Positions 27,343 to 36,662 are shown, numbered from the stretch's first letter. The stretch: 64,000 bases of DNA from Holophagaceae bacterium (GCA_043723905.1 JAYSNJ010000120.1:608-64607), one strand, 5' to 3'. Translations and numbers: made by a program. Notes: generated by a model not told the origin, from the letters alone.

Positions 27343-29760
27343 ATGCGATTTCCCCTTTCTTCGACGCTGCTCGCCTGCGGCACGATGCTCTGCACACTGC
27401 CGGGCCGATCCCTCAGTGTCCCCCGCCTCGTACCAAACCAGTCGGGTCAAGGAGAACGGGGCGATGCCACGCTCTCGCCCTATTTCTGGGTCCAGAGCGG
27501 GGATGCCACCGTGGACCGGCTACCCCTGAAATCGACCTCGGCGAAGGTGGCCATCGCGGGAGTCATCGCCGATGTGAAGGTGACCCAGGTCTACAAGAAC
27601 GAGGGACGGAAAGCCCTGGAGGCCGTCTATGTCTTCCCGGGCTCCACGCGAGCGGCGGTCTACGGCATGAAGATGACCATCGGGAAGCGCACCATCCAGG
27701 CCAAGATCCGCACGAAGGAGCAGGCCCGGCAGGAATACGAGGAAGCCCGCCAGCAGGGCAAGAGCGCGTCGCTCCTCGAGCAGCACCGGCCCAATGTCTT
27801 CCAGATGAACGTCGCGAACATCATGCCCGGCGACGAGATTCGAGTGGAACTCTCCTACACCGAACTCCTCGTCCCCACGGAAGGCACCTACGAATTCATC
27901 TATCCCACGGTGGTGGGACCGCGCTACTCCAACACGCCTGTCGCTCAGGCCACGGATTCCGAGAAGTGGGTGGCCAACCCTTACACCAAGGAGGGCGAGG
28001 CACCCCTCAGCTCCTTCGATCTCGAGGTGCGCCTCGCGGCCGGCATGCCCATCGGCCGCATGACTTGCGCGACCCACAAGACGGGGATCTCGTACGACGG
28101 CCCCCAGAACGCCCTCCTTAAACTGGACGGCTCCGAGAGCCAGGGGGGCAACCGTGACTTCATCCTCAAATACCAGCTCGCGGGAGGGCAGATCCAGTCC
28201 GGCCTGCTACTCACCAAGGGCCGGGACGAGAACTTCTTCCTGCTCATGGTGCAGCCCCCCAAGCAGGTGAAGGCCGCCCTCATCCCGCCCCGGGAATTCG
28301 TCTTCATCATGGATGTCTCAGGCTCCATGCATGGCTACCCGTTGGAGACCTCGAAGACCCTGATGAAGAACCTGGTGAGCCATCTGAGGCCCGGGGATCG
28401 CTTCAACCTGATGACTTTCGAGGGGGCCGCCACGGTCTGGTCTCCCAGCGGATCCCAGCCCGCCACGGCGGAGAACCTGCAGAATGCCCTGGCCTTCGTC
28501 GGCCAGCAATCGGGGGGTGGCGGCACGGAGATCCTCTCGGCTCTCAAGAAGGCCCTGGCCCTGCCTCGCACGACAGGCATGTCCCGCAGCTTCGTCATCG
28601 CCACGGACGGCTATGTCTCCGTGGAGCCCGGCGTGCTGGATGTGGTGCGGAAGAACCTGGGGGGTGCCAACATGTTCGCCTTCGGCATCGGCACCTCCGT
28701 GAACCGTTTCCTCATCGAGGGCATCGCCCACGCCGGCATGGGCGAACCCTTCGTGGTGACCAGGCCCGAGGAGGCCGCAGCTGCGGCGGAGCGCTTCCGC
28801 CAGTACATCGCCTCGCCGGTGCTCACCCAGATCCAGGTGGCCTTCAAGGGCTTCGAGGCCTACGATGTCGAGCCCCTGAGCCTTCCCGATGTGCTCGCCC
28901 AGCGCCCCGTGATCTGCTTTGGCAAGTGGAGGGGCCAGCTTGCGGGCAGTGTTGAGCTCACGGGCACCAGCGGCATGGGGCGCTATCACCAGAGCTTCCG
29001 GGTGGCCGAAGGGCGGCCTCTGGAATCCGATGCCCTGCGCTTCCTGTGGGCGCTACACCGCATCCAGCTCCTGGGCGACTACGGGGGCCTGGGCAACCCG
29101 GAAGGCCAGAAGCAGGCCATTACGGAGCTGGGCCTGAAATACGGCCTGCTCACGAACTACACGTCCTTCGTCGCCATCGATTCCCAGGTGCGCAACCATG
29201 GAGGCGTCAGCGAACGCATCACCCAGCCCCTCCCCCTGCCCGAGGGCGTCTCCAATCTCGCCGTGGGTGTTGCCAACGCCCCCCAGGCCATGGCCTGCAT
29301 GTCCCCGGGAGTGGCTTCAGGGTCCATGGGGAGGAATGCCTACGCGACAGTGGAAGTCCTTTCCAATATCGCCGCCAAGAGCAAGCGCGAAGCCAAGATT
29401 TCGGCCGATTTCTCCCAGGAAACCCTGAACGCTTTGCCCCTCCAGCGGAATGCAAAGCCCGGAGGAGTCCGGCCAGGTGCCCTTACCGCCGATCATCCCG
29501 TGAATACCCTGCCCGCCCTGACCCAGGACATCGCGCTAAAGCTGAAGACCCCCGCTCTCGCCCCCCTGCTGGCGGATCTGCCCCGGGGCAGCGTCCTGGA
29601 ACTCCGCATCGACGCCAGCGGCCGGGTAGTCAGCGCAACCTTCAGCCACCCCTTCCCCGGCGCCTCCAGGGCCCTGAAGCTCATCCGGACTTGGCGCTTC
29701 GCGGACTGGAAGGGAACAGGGAGTACGGTGCTCGCCATCCCCCTGGAGACTTCAGCCTGA
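27343..29760 (+). CDS. secreted VIT-domain plus von Willebrand factor A domain protein with TonB-C-like C-terminus
   Basis: AGGAGG RBS and a signal peptide. VIT-like LPLKSTSAKVAIAGVIADVKVTQVY. vWA MIDAS motif FIMDVSGSM. C-terminal LELRIDASGRVVSATF is TonB_C-like. Confidence 0.75.
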   Translation: MRFPLSSTLLACGTMLCTLPGRSLSVPRLVPNQSGQGERGDATLSPYFWVQSGDATVDRLPLKSTSAKVAIAGVIADVKVTQVYKNEGRKALEAVYVFPGSTRAAVYGMKMTIGKRTIQAKIRTKEQARQEYEEARQQGKSASLLEQHRPNVFQMNVANIMPGDEIRVELSYTELLVPTEGTYEFIYPTVVGPRYSNTPVAQATDSEKWVANPYTKEGEAPLSSFDLEVRLAAGMPIGRMTCATHKTGISYDGPQNALLKLDGSESQGGNRDFILKYQLAGGQIQSGLLLTKGRDENFFLLMVQPPKQVKAALIPPREFVFIMDVSGSMHGYPLETSKTLMKNLVSHLRPGDRFNLMTFEGAATVWSPSGSQPATAENLQNALAFVGQQSGGGGTEILSALKKALALPRTTGMSRSFVIATDGYVSVEPGVLDVVRKNLGGANMFAFGIGTSVNRFLIEGIAHAGMGEPFVVTRPEEAAAAAERFRQYIASPVLTQIQVAFKGFEAYDVEPLSLPDVLAQRPVICFGKWRGQLAGSVELTGTSGMGRYHQSFRVAEGRPLESDALRFLWALHRIQLLGDYGGLGNPEGQKQAITELGLKYGLLTNYTSFVAIDSQVRNHGGVSERITQPLPLPEGVSNLAVGVANAPQAMACMSPGVASGSMGRNAYATVEVLSNIAAKSKREAKISADFSQETLNALPLQRNAKPGGVRPGALTADHPVNTLPALTQDIALKLKTPALAPLLADLPRGSVLELRIDASGRVVSATFSHPFPGASRALKLIRTWRFADWKGTGSTVLAIPLETSA

Positions 29761-29956
29761 TCGGCCCCGACGGGCTGAACCCCAGCCCCCCTGACAGGAG
29801 CGTCCCGAAAGGGGGTCGTGGAATCCGGGGCATCCCAGATTTCCCGGCCCCTGGACGCTTTCACCTCGCCGGCCCCGGCCCCGGAACCTACACTTCCATG
29901 GGGCGTTTTCAGCCCAGGGAATCCCGGGGGATTCCGACGGAGAAGGGAGGGGCGCC

Positions 29957-30139
29957 ATGAAGCTCGAACTGTCTTCCCAGGAGATGGATCTGCTGCGAAT
30001 GCTCCTGACGAAGGAGCGGGAGGACACCCGCGTGGAGATGCATCACGCGAAGAACATCGATTTCAAGGGCCACCTCCAGGCCCGGGAACAGCTGCTCCAG
30101 GATCTGATGGAGCGCTTCGAGGTGCATATTTCCGTGTGA
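29957..30139 (+). CDS. small helical hypothetical protein (60 aa)
   Basis: GGAGAAGGGAGG RBS and ATG start. Charged, helical composition. Resembles small conserved proteins seen in delta-proteobacterial and acidobacterial genomes, with no named family. Confidence 0.5.
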   Translation: MKLELSSQEMDLLRMLLTKEREDTRVEMHHAKNIDFKGHLQAREQLLQDLMERFEVHISV

Positions 30140-30164
30140 CGCCCTGGGGCTGCCGAGAATCGAG

Positions 30165-31313
30165 TCAGCGGCTCTCGGGTTCCCACTGGAAGCGGTAGGG
30201 CAGGCCGTACCAGTCGCGCATGACGACCATGTCCTTCTGCAGGGGGAGCGGCACGGGGCAGCCCTTCACCTTCCGCAACTGCCAGATCAGGTGCTCCTTC
30301 TCGCCGGGGGTGAAGATGTAGTCGCAACCCGGAGCCTTTCGGCTGGCGCGCAGTTGGCGAAGGATATCGCCAGTGATGGCCTGGAAGCGGTCCAGATCGA
30401 TGAACTCCTCCACGGAGATGGCGATGAAGAAGTGTCCCAGGGGGTAGGGGATCTTCTTCCCGGCCTCGTCGAAGCCGTTGAGCAGTTTCAGGTAGGCGCC
30501 GTCCTGGAGTGCCGCCGAGAGGATCTCCACCACCGTGGCGTAACCGTAGCCCTTGTAGCCGCCGCCGTCCTCGCCGATGCCCCCCAGGGGCGTCAGGGCG
30601 GCCTTGCCCCTGGTCAGGTCCATGAGCACCTGGGCCGTGTCCGTGGAGGTGTTGCCGTTCTCGTCGATGACCCAGCCTGGAGGCAGCGGCTTGCCCATGC
30701 GTTCGTAGTGCTCGATCTTCCCGCGCTGGGTGATGGAGGTGGCGCAGTCCAGGACGAAGGGGAAGGGTTCGTCCGTGGGGATGCCGATGGTGAGGGGGTT
30801 CGTGCCCAGCATGTTCTCCACGCCGAAGGTGGGCGCGATGGAGGGTCGGGCGTTGGTGCCCGTGATGCCGATCATGCCGGCCTGGGTGGCCATGGTGGCG
30901 TAGTAGCCCGCGATGCCGTAGTGGGTGGAGTTGCGCACGGCCACCATGCCCATGCCATGCTCCCTGGCCTTCTCGATGGCCATGGTCATGGCCCGGGTGG
31001 AAACCACGTGGCCCATGCCGTTGTGGCCGTCCAGAACCGCGGTGGTCTTGCGTTCGCGAATGGTTTCGATCGTCGTTTGGGGATTCAGGATGCCATCGCG
31101 GATGCGGTCGATGTAGATGGGCTTCAGGCGCCCGATGCCGTGGGAATCGATGCCCCGGCGATCGGATTCGATGAGCACCTCGCCGATGCACCGCGCGTCG
31201 TCCCCGGGCACGCCCGCCGCCACCAGCGCATCGCCCATGAAGGCCTCCAGGAGGGCGAAATCCAGCCAGGCGCACTGCGCGTACTGGGCCTCGTACTCGT
31301 CCATGAACTTCAT
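30165..31313 (-). CDS. Ldh_2 family (malate/L-lactate/ureidoglycolate dehydrogenase type 2) oxidoreductase
   Basis: LIESDRRGIDSHGIGRL and HYGIAGYY are characteristic of Ldh_2. Start chosen at MKFMDEY (AAAGGA RBS). Alternative ATG at 31358. Confidence 0.8.
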   Translation of the reverse strand: MKFMDEYEAQYAQCAWLDFALLEAFMGDALVAAGVPGDDARCIGEVLIESDRRGIDSHGIGRLKPIYIDRIRDGILNPQTTIETIRERKTTAVLDGHNGMGHVVSTRAMTMAIEKAREHGMGMVAVRNSTHYGIAGYYATMATQAGMIGITGTNARPSIAPTFGVENMLGTNPLTIGIPTDEPFPFVLDCATSITQRGKIEHYERMGKPLPPGWVIDENGNTSTDTAQVLMDLTRGKAALTPLGGIGEDGGGYKGYGYATVVEILSAALQDGAYLKLLNGFDEAGKKIPYPLGHFFIAISVEEFIDLDRFQAITGDILRQLRASRKAPGCDYIFTPGEKEHLIWQLRKVKGCPVPLPLQKDMVVMRDWYGLPYRFQWEPESR

Positions 31314-31419
31314 GGGGCATCCTTTCACTGGGATCTGGGAATGGGTGTTGGGGTTCATCCTCGCCTGTCCCCTCGGCCCTCCTCAAGGGATTGTTTCAGG
31401 GGCAATGTCCCCAGCTATC

Positions 31420-31905
31420 ATGAGAGGCCCGTTCCGTGGGCCTTTCCCGGAGTTCCCCATCCTCGCCGACGGCATTTTCATCTATGGCACCCTGCGGGAA
31501 GGCGGCCACCACCACGCCTGGCTGGAGCGCACGCACCCCCTGGGCAGCACGCGAGCCTGGGCTCCGGGCCGCCTCTTCCACCTGCCCGAGGCCGGCTATC
31601 CGGCCCTGGTGCCCGGCCCGGAGCCCGGGGCCCCGCCCCCGGGAACCGGATGGATCCTGGGGGAGTTCATCGGCTACGAAGACGAAACCGAGCTGGAGGC
31701 CGCCCTGTCGGATCTCGATCAGGTGGAGGGGGTGGAGGAGGAACTGTTCCTGCGGGTCACCCTCCCCGTGATCCTGGATGGCGGCCAGCGCTATGCAGCC
31801 TGGGCCTATGTCTTCCCCGCCGATCGCCTGCCGACCCTCGAGCGCAAGGCCGTGGAACTGCCCGATGGGGACTGGAGCCCCTACCTGGGGGAAGGCCCCA
31901 TCTGA
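31420..31905 (+). CDS. gamma-glutamylcyclotransferase (AIG2/GGCT-like) family protein
   Basis: IFIYGTLREGG (YGTL motif) and C-terminal AWAYVF. Alternative ATG at 31405. Confidence 0.7.
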   Translation: MRGPFRGPFPEFPILADGIFIYGTLREGGHHHAWLERTHPLGSTRAWAPGRLFHLPEAGYPALVPGPEPGAPPPGTGWILGEFIGYEDETELEAALSDLDQVEGVEEELFLRVTLPVILDGGQRYAAWAYVFPADRLPTLERKAVELPDGDWSPYLGEGPI

Positions 31906-31908
31906 CCC

Positions 31909-31936
31909 GAATCCGGGTTCAGCCCGGATTTTGCGT
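31909..31936 (+). terminator. rho-independent terminator candidate after the GGCT gene
   Basis: AATCCGGG-TTCAG-CCCGGATT perfect 8-bp stem followed by TTGCGTTT. Confidence 0.55.
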
Positions 31937-31969
31937 TTGGTTCAGCTGATTCGACTCCCGCGCGCGGCC

Positions 31970-32203
31970 CATTACGGCATTTCGAGCCGCGGCGTTCGGT
32001 CGGTGCGGGGCCCCGCTCCAGGCGCTCTCGCGCCTCCCGCGACCCGCATCCTCTCTCCCAGTTTGGGCTTCGCGTCGCACCCCCTTCGGGGGCACCAAGC
32101 CTGTGCCGCGCCGCTCCTCTTCGCCCTTCGGACGAAGGCCCACTTCGTGGATCCCATGATCGCCGCCCACCTGAAGGCGGTCGGCTACTCGAAATGCGCG
32201 ATC
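31970..32203. repeat. intergenic inverted-repeat element, copy B (inverted relative to copy A, with internal insertions)
   Basis: 32176-32203 is the reverse complement of 6498-6525 (27/28). 31970-31992 is the reverse complement of 6587-6609 (22/23). The shared internal blocks CCAAGCCTGT and CAGTTTGGGCTTCGC are present. Confidence 0.75.
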
Positions 32204-32208
32204 CGGGT

Positions 32209-32901
32209 TCAGCGCTCCGCCACCCGCTGGTACCTGAACTTCACCCGCCGCTGCAGGGCCCGGCCCTCGGGGCTGCCGGGGTTGCCTTCGATCATGGAAT
32301 CCCCGTGGGCCTCGGCGGTCATGAGCCTGGGATCCACCCCCTTGGAGGCCAGGTAGCGCAGCACGGACTGGGCCCGCAGGCCGCTCATCTCCAGGGCATC
32401 CACGCCCCCACGCCCCTTCTCGCCCGGCGCAGCGTAGCCCTCGCAGACCAGGTAGAAGCCCGGATACTCCACGGCCAGCTGGACGATCCGGCTGAGCAGG
32501 GGCTGGAAGACGGGATCCACGGCGGCGCTGCCTTCCTCGAAGAGGATGGAGCCCCGGAAGGTCACCAGGCGCATCTTCGTGCCCACCTCGGGCCCTTCGG
32601 TGGCCCGCAAATCGCTGAGCAGCTTCTCCAGATCCGCCGCCTTCGAAGGCACGATGCCCGTGGTGCCCGGCAGGATCCCCGGGCCCGAGGTCGTTCCAGA
32701 GCTTGTGGAAGTCTTCACGCCCAGCACCTTCTGGAGGGAGGTGGCCAGGTCCCCCAGCTTGCGCTGGTCCTGGATGCTGAAGGAGTAGACCACGGCGAAA
32801 AACGCCATGAGCTGGACCATCAGGTCCGCGAAGGTGATGAGCCAGAGCGATTCGAAATCCACGCTCCGCCGACGCATCCCCCGGAGGGACATCTTAGCCA
32901 T
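32209..32901 (-). CDS. motB: MotB/OmpA-family stator protein
   Basis: N-terminal TM with the conserved Asp (LITFADLMVQLMAFF). C-terminal OmpA-like peptidoglycan-binding region (GYAAPGE...ALEMSGLRAQSVLRYL). Overlaps the motA stop by 8 nt. Confidence 0.75.
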   Translation of the reverse strand: MAKMSLRGMRRRSVDFESLWLITFADLMVQLMAFFAVVYSFSIQDQRKLGDLATSLQKVLGVKTSTSSGTTSGPGILPGTTGIVPSKAADLEKLLSDLRATEGPEVGTKMRLVTFRGSILFEEGSAAVDPVFQPLLSRIVQLAVEYPGFYLVCEGYAAPGEKGRGGVDALEMSGLRAQSVLRYLASKGVDPRLMTAEAHGDSMIEGNPGSPEGRALQRRVKFRYQRVAER

Positions 32902-33673
32902 TGAAGGCTCCCACCCCGTGGCGCCGGATCTTCAGGCGGGGGGCCAGGGAGGCGTTGAGGGCTTCCTCCAGTTGACCGGGATTCATCTCCGCGGCGATGC
33001 CCAGGATGCCCTCCAGCATCACCAGGCGGATCTGGGCCTCCTCCTTGGAGCGGAATTCCAGCTTGCCGCTGATGGGCAGCGCAAACAGGTAGGCCACGAT
33101 GGCGCCCCAGAGGGTGGACAGGAGGCTCAGGGACATGGCGCTGGCCAGTTTGTCCGTGTCCTTGCCGATGCTGGCGAAGAGCTGCACCATGCCGATGAGC
33201 GTGCCCACCATACCGAAGGACGGCGCCGCCCCCCCGATGAAGCGGAACAGCTCCTGGCCCAGTCCGTGGCGGTCCTGGGTGGCGTGGATCTCCGAGGTGA
33301 GCACCTCGCGGATATGCTCCTTGTCCAGGCGATCCACCACCATCTGCAGCCCCTGGGCCAGGAAGGGGTCGCCGGGCATGTGTTTTTCCAGCCCCTTCAG
33401 CCCCTCCCGCTTGGCCCGCTGGCTGAGGCCCACCATCTGGACCACCACCGCCTGATGGGAGGCGGGATGGGTAAAGAAGGCCCGGGAGGCCACATCGAAG
33501 CCCGAGCGGACGTGAGCCAACGGAAAGCGGATGAGCGTGGAGGCGATGATGCCCCCGAAGACCACGACGAGGCTGGGCCAGTAGAAGAAGATCCTCGGGC
33601 TGGGCCCGAAGCCGATGGCCACACCCAGAAGGGCCAGACCCAGCAAAAGGCCAATGAGCGTTCCTCGATCCAT
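32894..33673 (-). CDS. motA: MotA/PomA-type proton-channel stator protein
   Basis: 259 aa with 4 TM segments. APSFGMVGTLIGMV and LLSTLWGAIVAYLFALP are typical of the MotA/TolQ/ExbB family and resemble flagellar MotA/PomA. Confidence 0.75.
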   Translation of the reverse strand: MDRGTLIGLLLGLALLGVAIGFGPSPRIFFYWPSLVVVFGGIIASTLIRFPLAHVRSGFDVASRAFFTHPASHQAVVVQMVGLSQRAKREGLKGLEKHMPGDPFLAQGLQMVVDRLDKEHIREVLTSEIHATQDRHGLGQELFRFIGGAAPSFGMVGTLIGMVQLFASIGKDTDKLASAMSLSLLSTLWGAIVAYLFALPISGKLEFRSKEEAQIRLVMLEGILGIAAEMNPGQLEEALNASLAPRLKIRRHGVGAFNG

Positions 33674-33770
33674 GGATGGCTCCCAGGGGATTATCGGCGA
33701 AGGGAAGAGCCAGAAGAAATATTCGAGCCATGTCGGGAGGGCAAGGATGACCCGGGGAGCCTGATGGCCT

Positions 33771-34733
33771 CTATTTCTGGGCGAGGATCAGCTCCCCTTC
33801 GGGTTCGGGCCGGAGGATCTTTGCGAAACCCGCCTCCCGGAGCCACTGCCGGTACTCAGATTCCGTATACGTGTTTCCCCGGCGTGTGCCCACGAGCATG
33901 TTCAGGGCAAAGAGGGCGGCGCTGGGGGGCCCCGCGCGGTCGGGCTCCAGGATGAACTCCCTGATGATGAGGCGCCCGCCGGGGGCCAACGCTCTGAAGC
34001 AGCGCCGGAACAGATCCCTGTTCTCGTCCTCGTCTAACATGTGGCAGATGGCCGAAGCCAGGATGAAGTCATAGCCCTGGCCGAAAGCATCCGTCCTCAA
34101 ATCCCCCTCGCGCATGGTGACGCGATCAGCGAGCCCGGCCTCCCGGATGTTCCGCGCTCCCAGGGGCAGAACTGGCCCCAGGTCCAGCACTTCGGCGTGC
34201 AATTCCGGATGGGCCCGGGCAAAGGCGATGGCAAAGGTGGCCGGACCACCGCCCACATCCAGCATCCGCCGCACACCTGAGGCGTCCACCGTCGCCACCA
34301 TGTGGGCGGCGGTCGTGCGCGCCCGGGCATGCATGGCGGCGATGAAGGCCTCGGTCCATTGCTCCTGATGGCCTTCGACGCCCGGCTTCCGTACCGTTGT
34401 GCCTGACTTCACGCAGGCCGTCAGAGTGGACCAGGTCTCCCATAGGTGCACGGTGTGCATGAGCCCGGCGCGAGCGGGTCCCAGGCCCTTGGATCCGGAG
34501 GTGCAGCGGAAGATCCCGTCGCCCTTCTCCAGGGCCCCCAGGGCCACCAGCCCATTCAGGAGCATTTCCGTGGCCCGGGCATCCGCGCCGATCCTTCCGG
34601 CCACGTCCTCCGGGGACGCTCCCTCGCCCACGACCGTGAACACATCCAGCTCCAGGGCCGTCAATAGCGTCCGGCTCTCCTGGAAGGAGCGCACCGCAGC
34701 CAACAGTTCGTCCATCGTCCGCGTGCGGTTCAT
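33771..34733 (-). CDS. class I SAM-dependent O-methyltransferase (family 2, with N-terminal dimerisation/winged-helix domain)
   Basis: SAM motif I MLDVGGGPATFAI. Start chosen at MNRTRTMDELL (GGAGG RBS). Confidence 0.75.
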   Translation of the reverse strand: MNRTRTMDELLAAVRSFQESRTLLTALELDVFTVVGEGASPEDVAGRIGADARATEMLLNGLVALGALEKGDGIFRCTSGSKGLGPARAGLMHTVHLWETWSTLTACVKSGTTVRKPGVEGHQEQWTEAFIAAMHARARTTAAHMVATVDASGVRRMLDVGGGPATFAIAFARAHPELHAEVLDLGPVLPLGARNIREAGLADRVTMREGDLRTDAFGQGYDFILASAICHMLDEDENRDLFRRCFRALAPGGRLIIREFILEPDRAGPPSAALFALNMLVGTRRGNTYTESEYRQWLREAGFAKILRPEPEGELILAQK

Positions 34734-34845
34734 GGAACCTCCGGGGCCCCGATTATCGGGCCTTCCTGCTGGCAGGCCACACTTACCACTCCTGTTCTTC
34801 ACATTTTTTCGGCTGACCCACTCATTTCCGTCCTGGGTTGCAGAT

Positions 34846-35637
34846 TTAACCCCGCTTCCATTTCACGACACTCATCCATGGTTTAGGGCGGCGCCACCAT
34901 TCGCGGCGCAATCTGATTCCATCGAAGCGCAATTTAGCATCAGGAGCGAACATACCATCGCGCCCAACGCTTCGGTCAAAACGGTACCCCAGGAACCAGT
35001 CTCCCTCTGAATCACGCCAGCACTCCAGCAGGTATACCTCCGCCCTGGAATGGTAGAGGGTCAGTTCGTATAGCTGGACGTCGGGGTGGAACGCCAGTAT
35101 TCGTGGCATCAGATTGGCCATCACGACCTGTTGAACCTTGGCTTCCACGAGTTGCGGGCCTGGCACCCAGGGCAAATCCATCAGATGAGTACGAAAGCGA
35201 AGCTCATCCGGGAGCAATCGGCTGGAACCAATGACTCGAAGTCCAAAGTGCAGGGAATACCATTCATCCAGTACAGTATTCGGCTCACGAAGAAGCCCGC
35301 CCCCCGAATACCCAACCCGAATATCCGAACCTGCTCCCACCAGGGAATCACCCTTAACCTCGAAAATTTCTTCCCGAATCGATTCACCTGTACCCATCGC
35401 GTTCCGGACAGAGAGCCAATATCGGGCTCCTTCTCGGCTTACCACCGCCGAGAAAAAACCTTTGCGCAAACACGTTTCCGCTATATTTTCCTCGGGCTTT
35501 GCCTTCAGCCAGAATCGTTCTGCGGGAATGTGGTGAGCGCACCTGATGCGCTCTATCGTCTCCTGGTTGGACAAGGTTCCTCTGGCACCGCACCCAAACA
35601 TCCAAATACCAAGAATGAAGACAAGGGATTTTCTCAT
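34846..35637 (-). CDS. hypothetical exported protein or lipoprotein, in a low-G+C gene
   Basis: GAGGAA RBS. MRKSLVFILGIWMFGCGA is a signal-like N-terminus with a Cys. G+C is visibly much lower than the neighbours. No family recognised. Confidence 0.55.
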   Translation of the reverse strand: MRKSLVFILGIWMFGCGARGTLSNQETIERIRCAHHIPAERFWLKAKPEENIAETCLRKGFFSAVVSREGARYWLSVRNAMGTGESIREEIFEVKGDSLVGAGSDIRVGYSGGGLLREPNTVLDEWYSLHFGLRVIGSSRLLPDELRFRTHLMDLPWVPGPQLVEAKVQQVVMANLMPRILAFHPDVQLYELTLYHSRAEVYLLECWRDSEGDWFLGYRFDRSVGRDGMFAPDAKLRFDGIRLRREWWRRPKPWMSVVKWKRG

Positions 35638-35716
35638 TTGCTTTTCTTCCTCACACAATCCGCAAGATCCCGGGCTTCATTTGCAGTCCGACAAAGAGCC
35701 ATAGATCCAACTGTAT

Positions 35717-36565
35717 TTAAACCAGCCCCGGCGGGAAGCCCATGGAGAGACGCACCAGGGCGAAGCGGGGCGTGAAGCGCCCCTCGGCGCTGCGGATCAC
35801 CAGGGGTTCCGGAAGCACGGGCAGTCCGGCCTCTGCGATGAACTGCTCGGGCAGATCCTCGGGCCGCGTGCCCGCGAAGAGGGCGATGCCGTAGGCTTCC
35901 CCCTCCTTGAAGACCACATCCTGGCGTTGGACCAGGACCAACCCGGCCTCGGCGTAGGCCGCTTGGGCCCGGGCGACCTGATCCAGGGGGAAGACACAGA
36001 CGAAGATCCCGCCCGGGGCCAGGAGGGGAACTGCGGCCTTGGCATAGTCGGCAATGGTGCCCCGCACTTCCAGGCGGGCGGGGATGGCCTGGGGATGCTC
36101 GGCCTCAGTGCGCGCCCCCTGGGGCCAGTAGGGCGGCGAACCCAGCACGAGATCAAAGGGGTATTCCCCCGCGAAGAGTTCCGGATCGCGAAGATCCCCT
36201 TCATGGATGGTGTAGCGGTCCTGCACGCCGTTGTAGACAGCGCTCTTCCAGGCGAGACGCGCCGATATCGCCTGGGCTTCCACCGTGTGCACCACGGCGC
36301 CGGGGCAGCGCCAGGCGGCGCTCAGCCCCACGCTGCCGATGCCCGAGCCCAGATCCGCGATGCGTCGGGCCGTGGGGCACGCCACGCTGCCGAACCAGGC
36401 TGTCAGCTGATCATCCACGGAGTAGCGGTGCCCCTTGGCGTACTGGAATATTTTCCAGTGGCCACAGAGGTAGTCCAGGGTCTCACCCTCCTCGGGTTCC
36501 AGGCCCCCCGGCGGCCGGGGCCCCGGGCGCGTCCAACCCCTGAATGCGGTATCGGTCATGGACAT
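35717..36565 (-). CDS. SAM-dependent N6-adenine methyltransferase, tRNA1(Val) m6A37 (TrmN6/YfiC)-like
   Basis: SAM motif IADLGSGIGSVGL and motif IV LVLGSPPYW (the [DNS]PP[YFW] motif). N-terminal GHRYSVDDQLTAWF resembles the YfiC family. Confidence 0.65.
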   Translation of the reverse strand: MSMTDTAFRGWTRPGPRPPGGLEPEEGETLDYLCGHWKIFQYAKGHRYSVDDQLTAWFGSVACPTARRIADLGSGIGSVGLSAAWRCPGAVVHTVEAQAISARLAWKSAVYNGVQDRYTIHEGDLRDPELFAGEYPFDLVLGSPPYWPQGARTEAEHPQAIPARLEVRGTIADYAKAAVPLLAPGGIFVCVFPLDQVARAQAAYAEAGLVLVQRQDVVFKEGEAYGIALFAGTRPEDLPEQFIAEAGLPVLPEPLVIRSAEGRFTPRFALVRLSMGFPPGLV

Positions 36566-36633
36566 TCTCCTGGCCCATTATCGCGGGTTGCGTGGGTAGG
36601 CCCTGCCTCCCGGGAGATTTGGGGAAAGCGTGG

Positions 36634-36662
36634 TTGACAGCCAAGACGACCGGTCGTATTCT
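36634..36662 (+). promoter_or_regulatory. sigma-70-type promoter (TTGACA-17 nt-TATTCT) with an embedded 12-bp perfect palindrome ACGACCGGTCGT, a putative TetR operator
   Basis: TTGACA at 36634-36639, 17-nt spacer, TATTCT at 36657-36662. Palindrome at 36646-36657. TetR ATG at 36669. Confidence 0.6.

Noticed and set aside
32209-33673. MotA/MotB pair as a Zorya-type anti-phage system.
   Set aside because: ZorA proteins are much longer, with a long C-terminal tail, and are accompanied by ZorC/D or ZorE-type genes. Here MotA is a standard 259 aa and no such partners are present.
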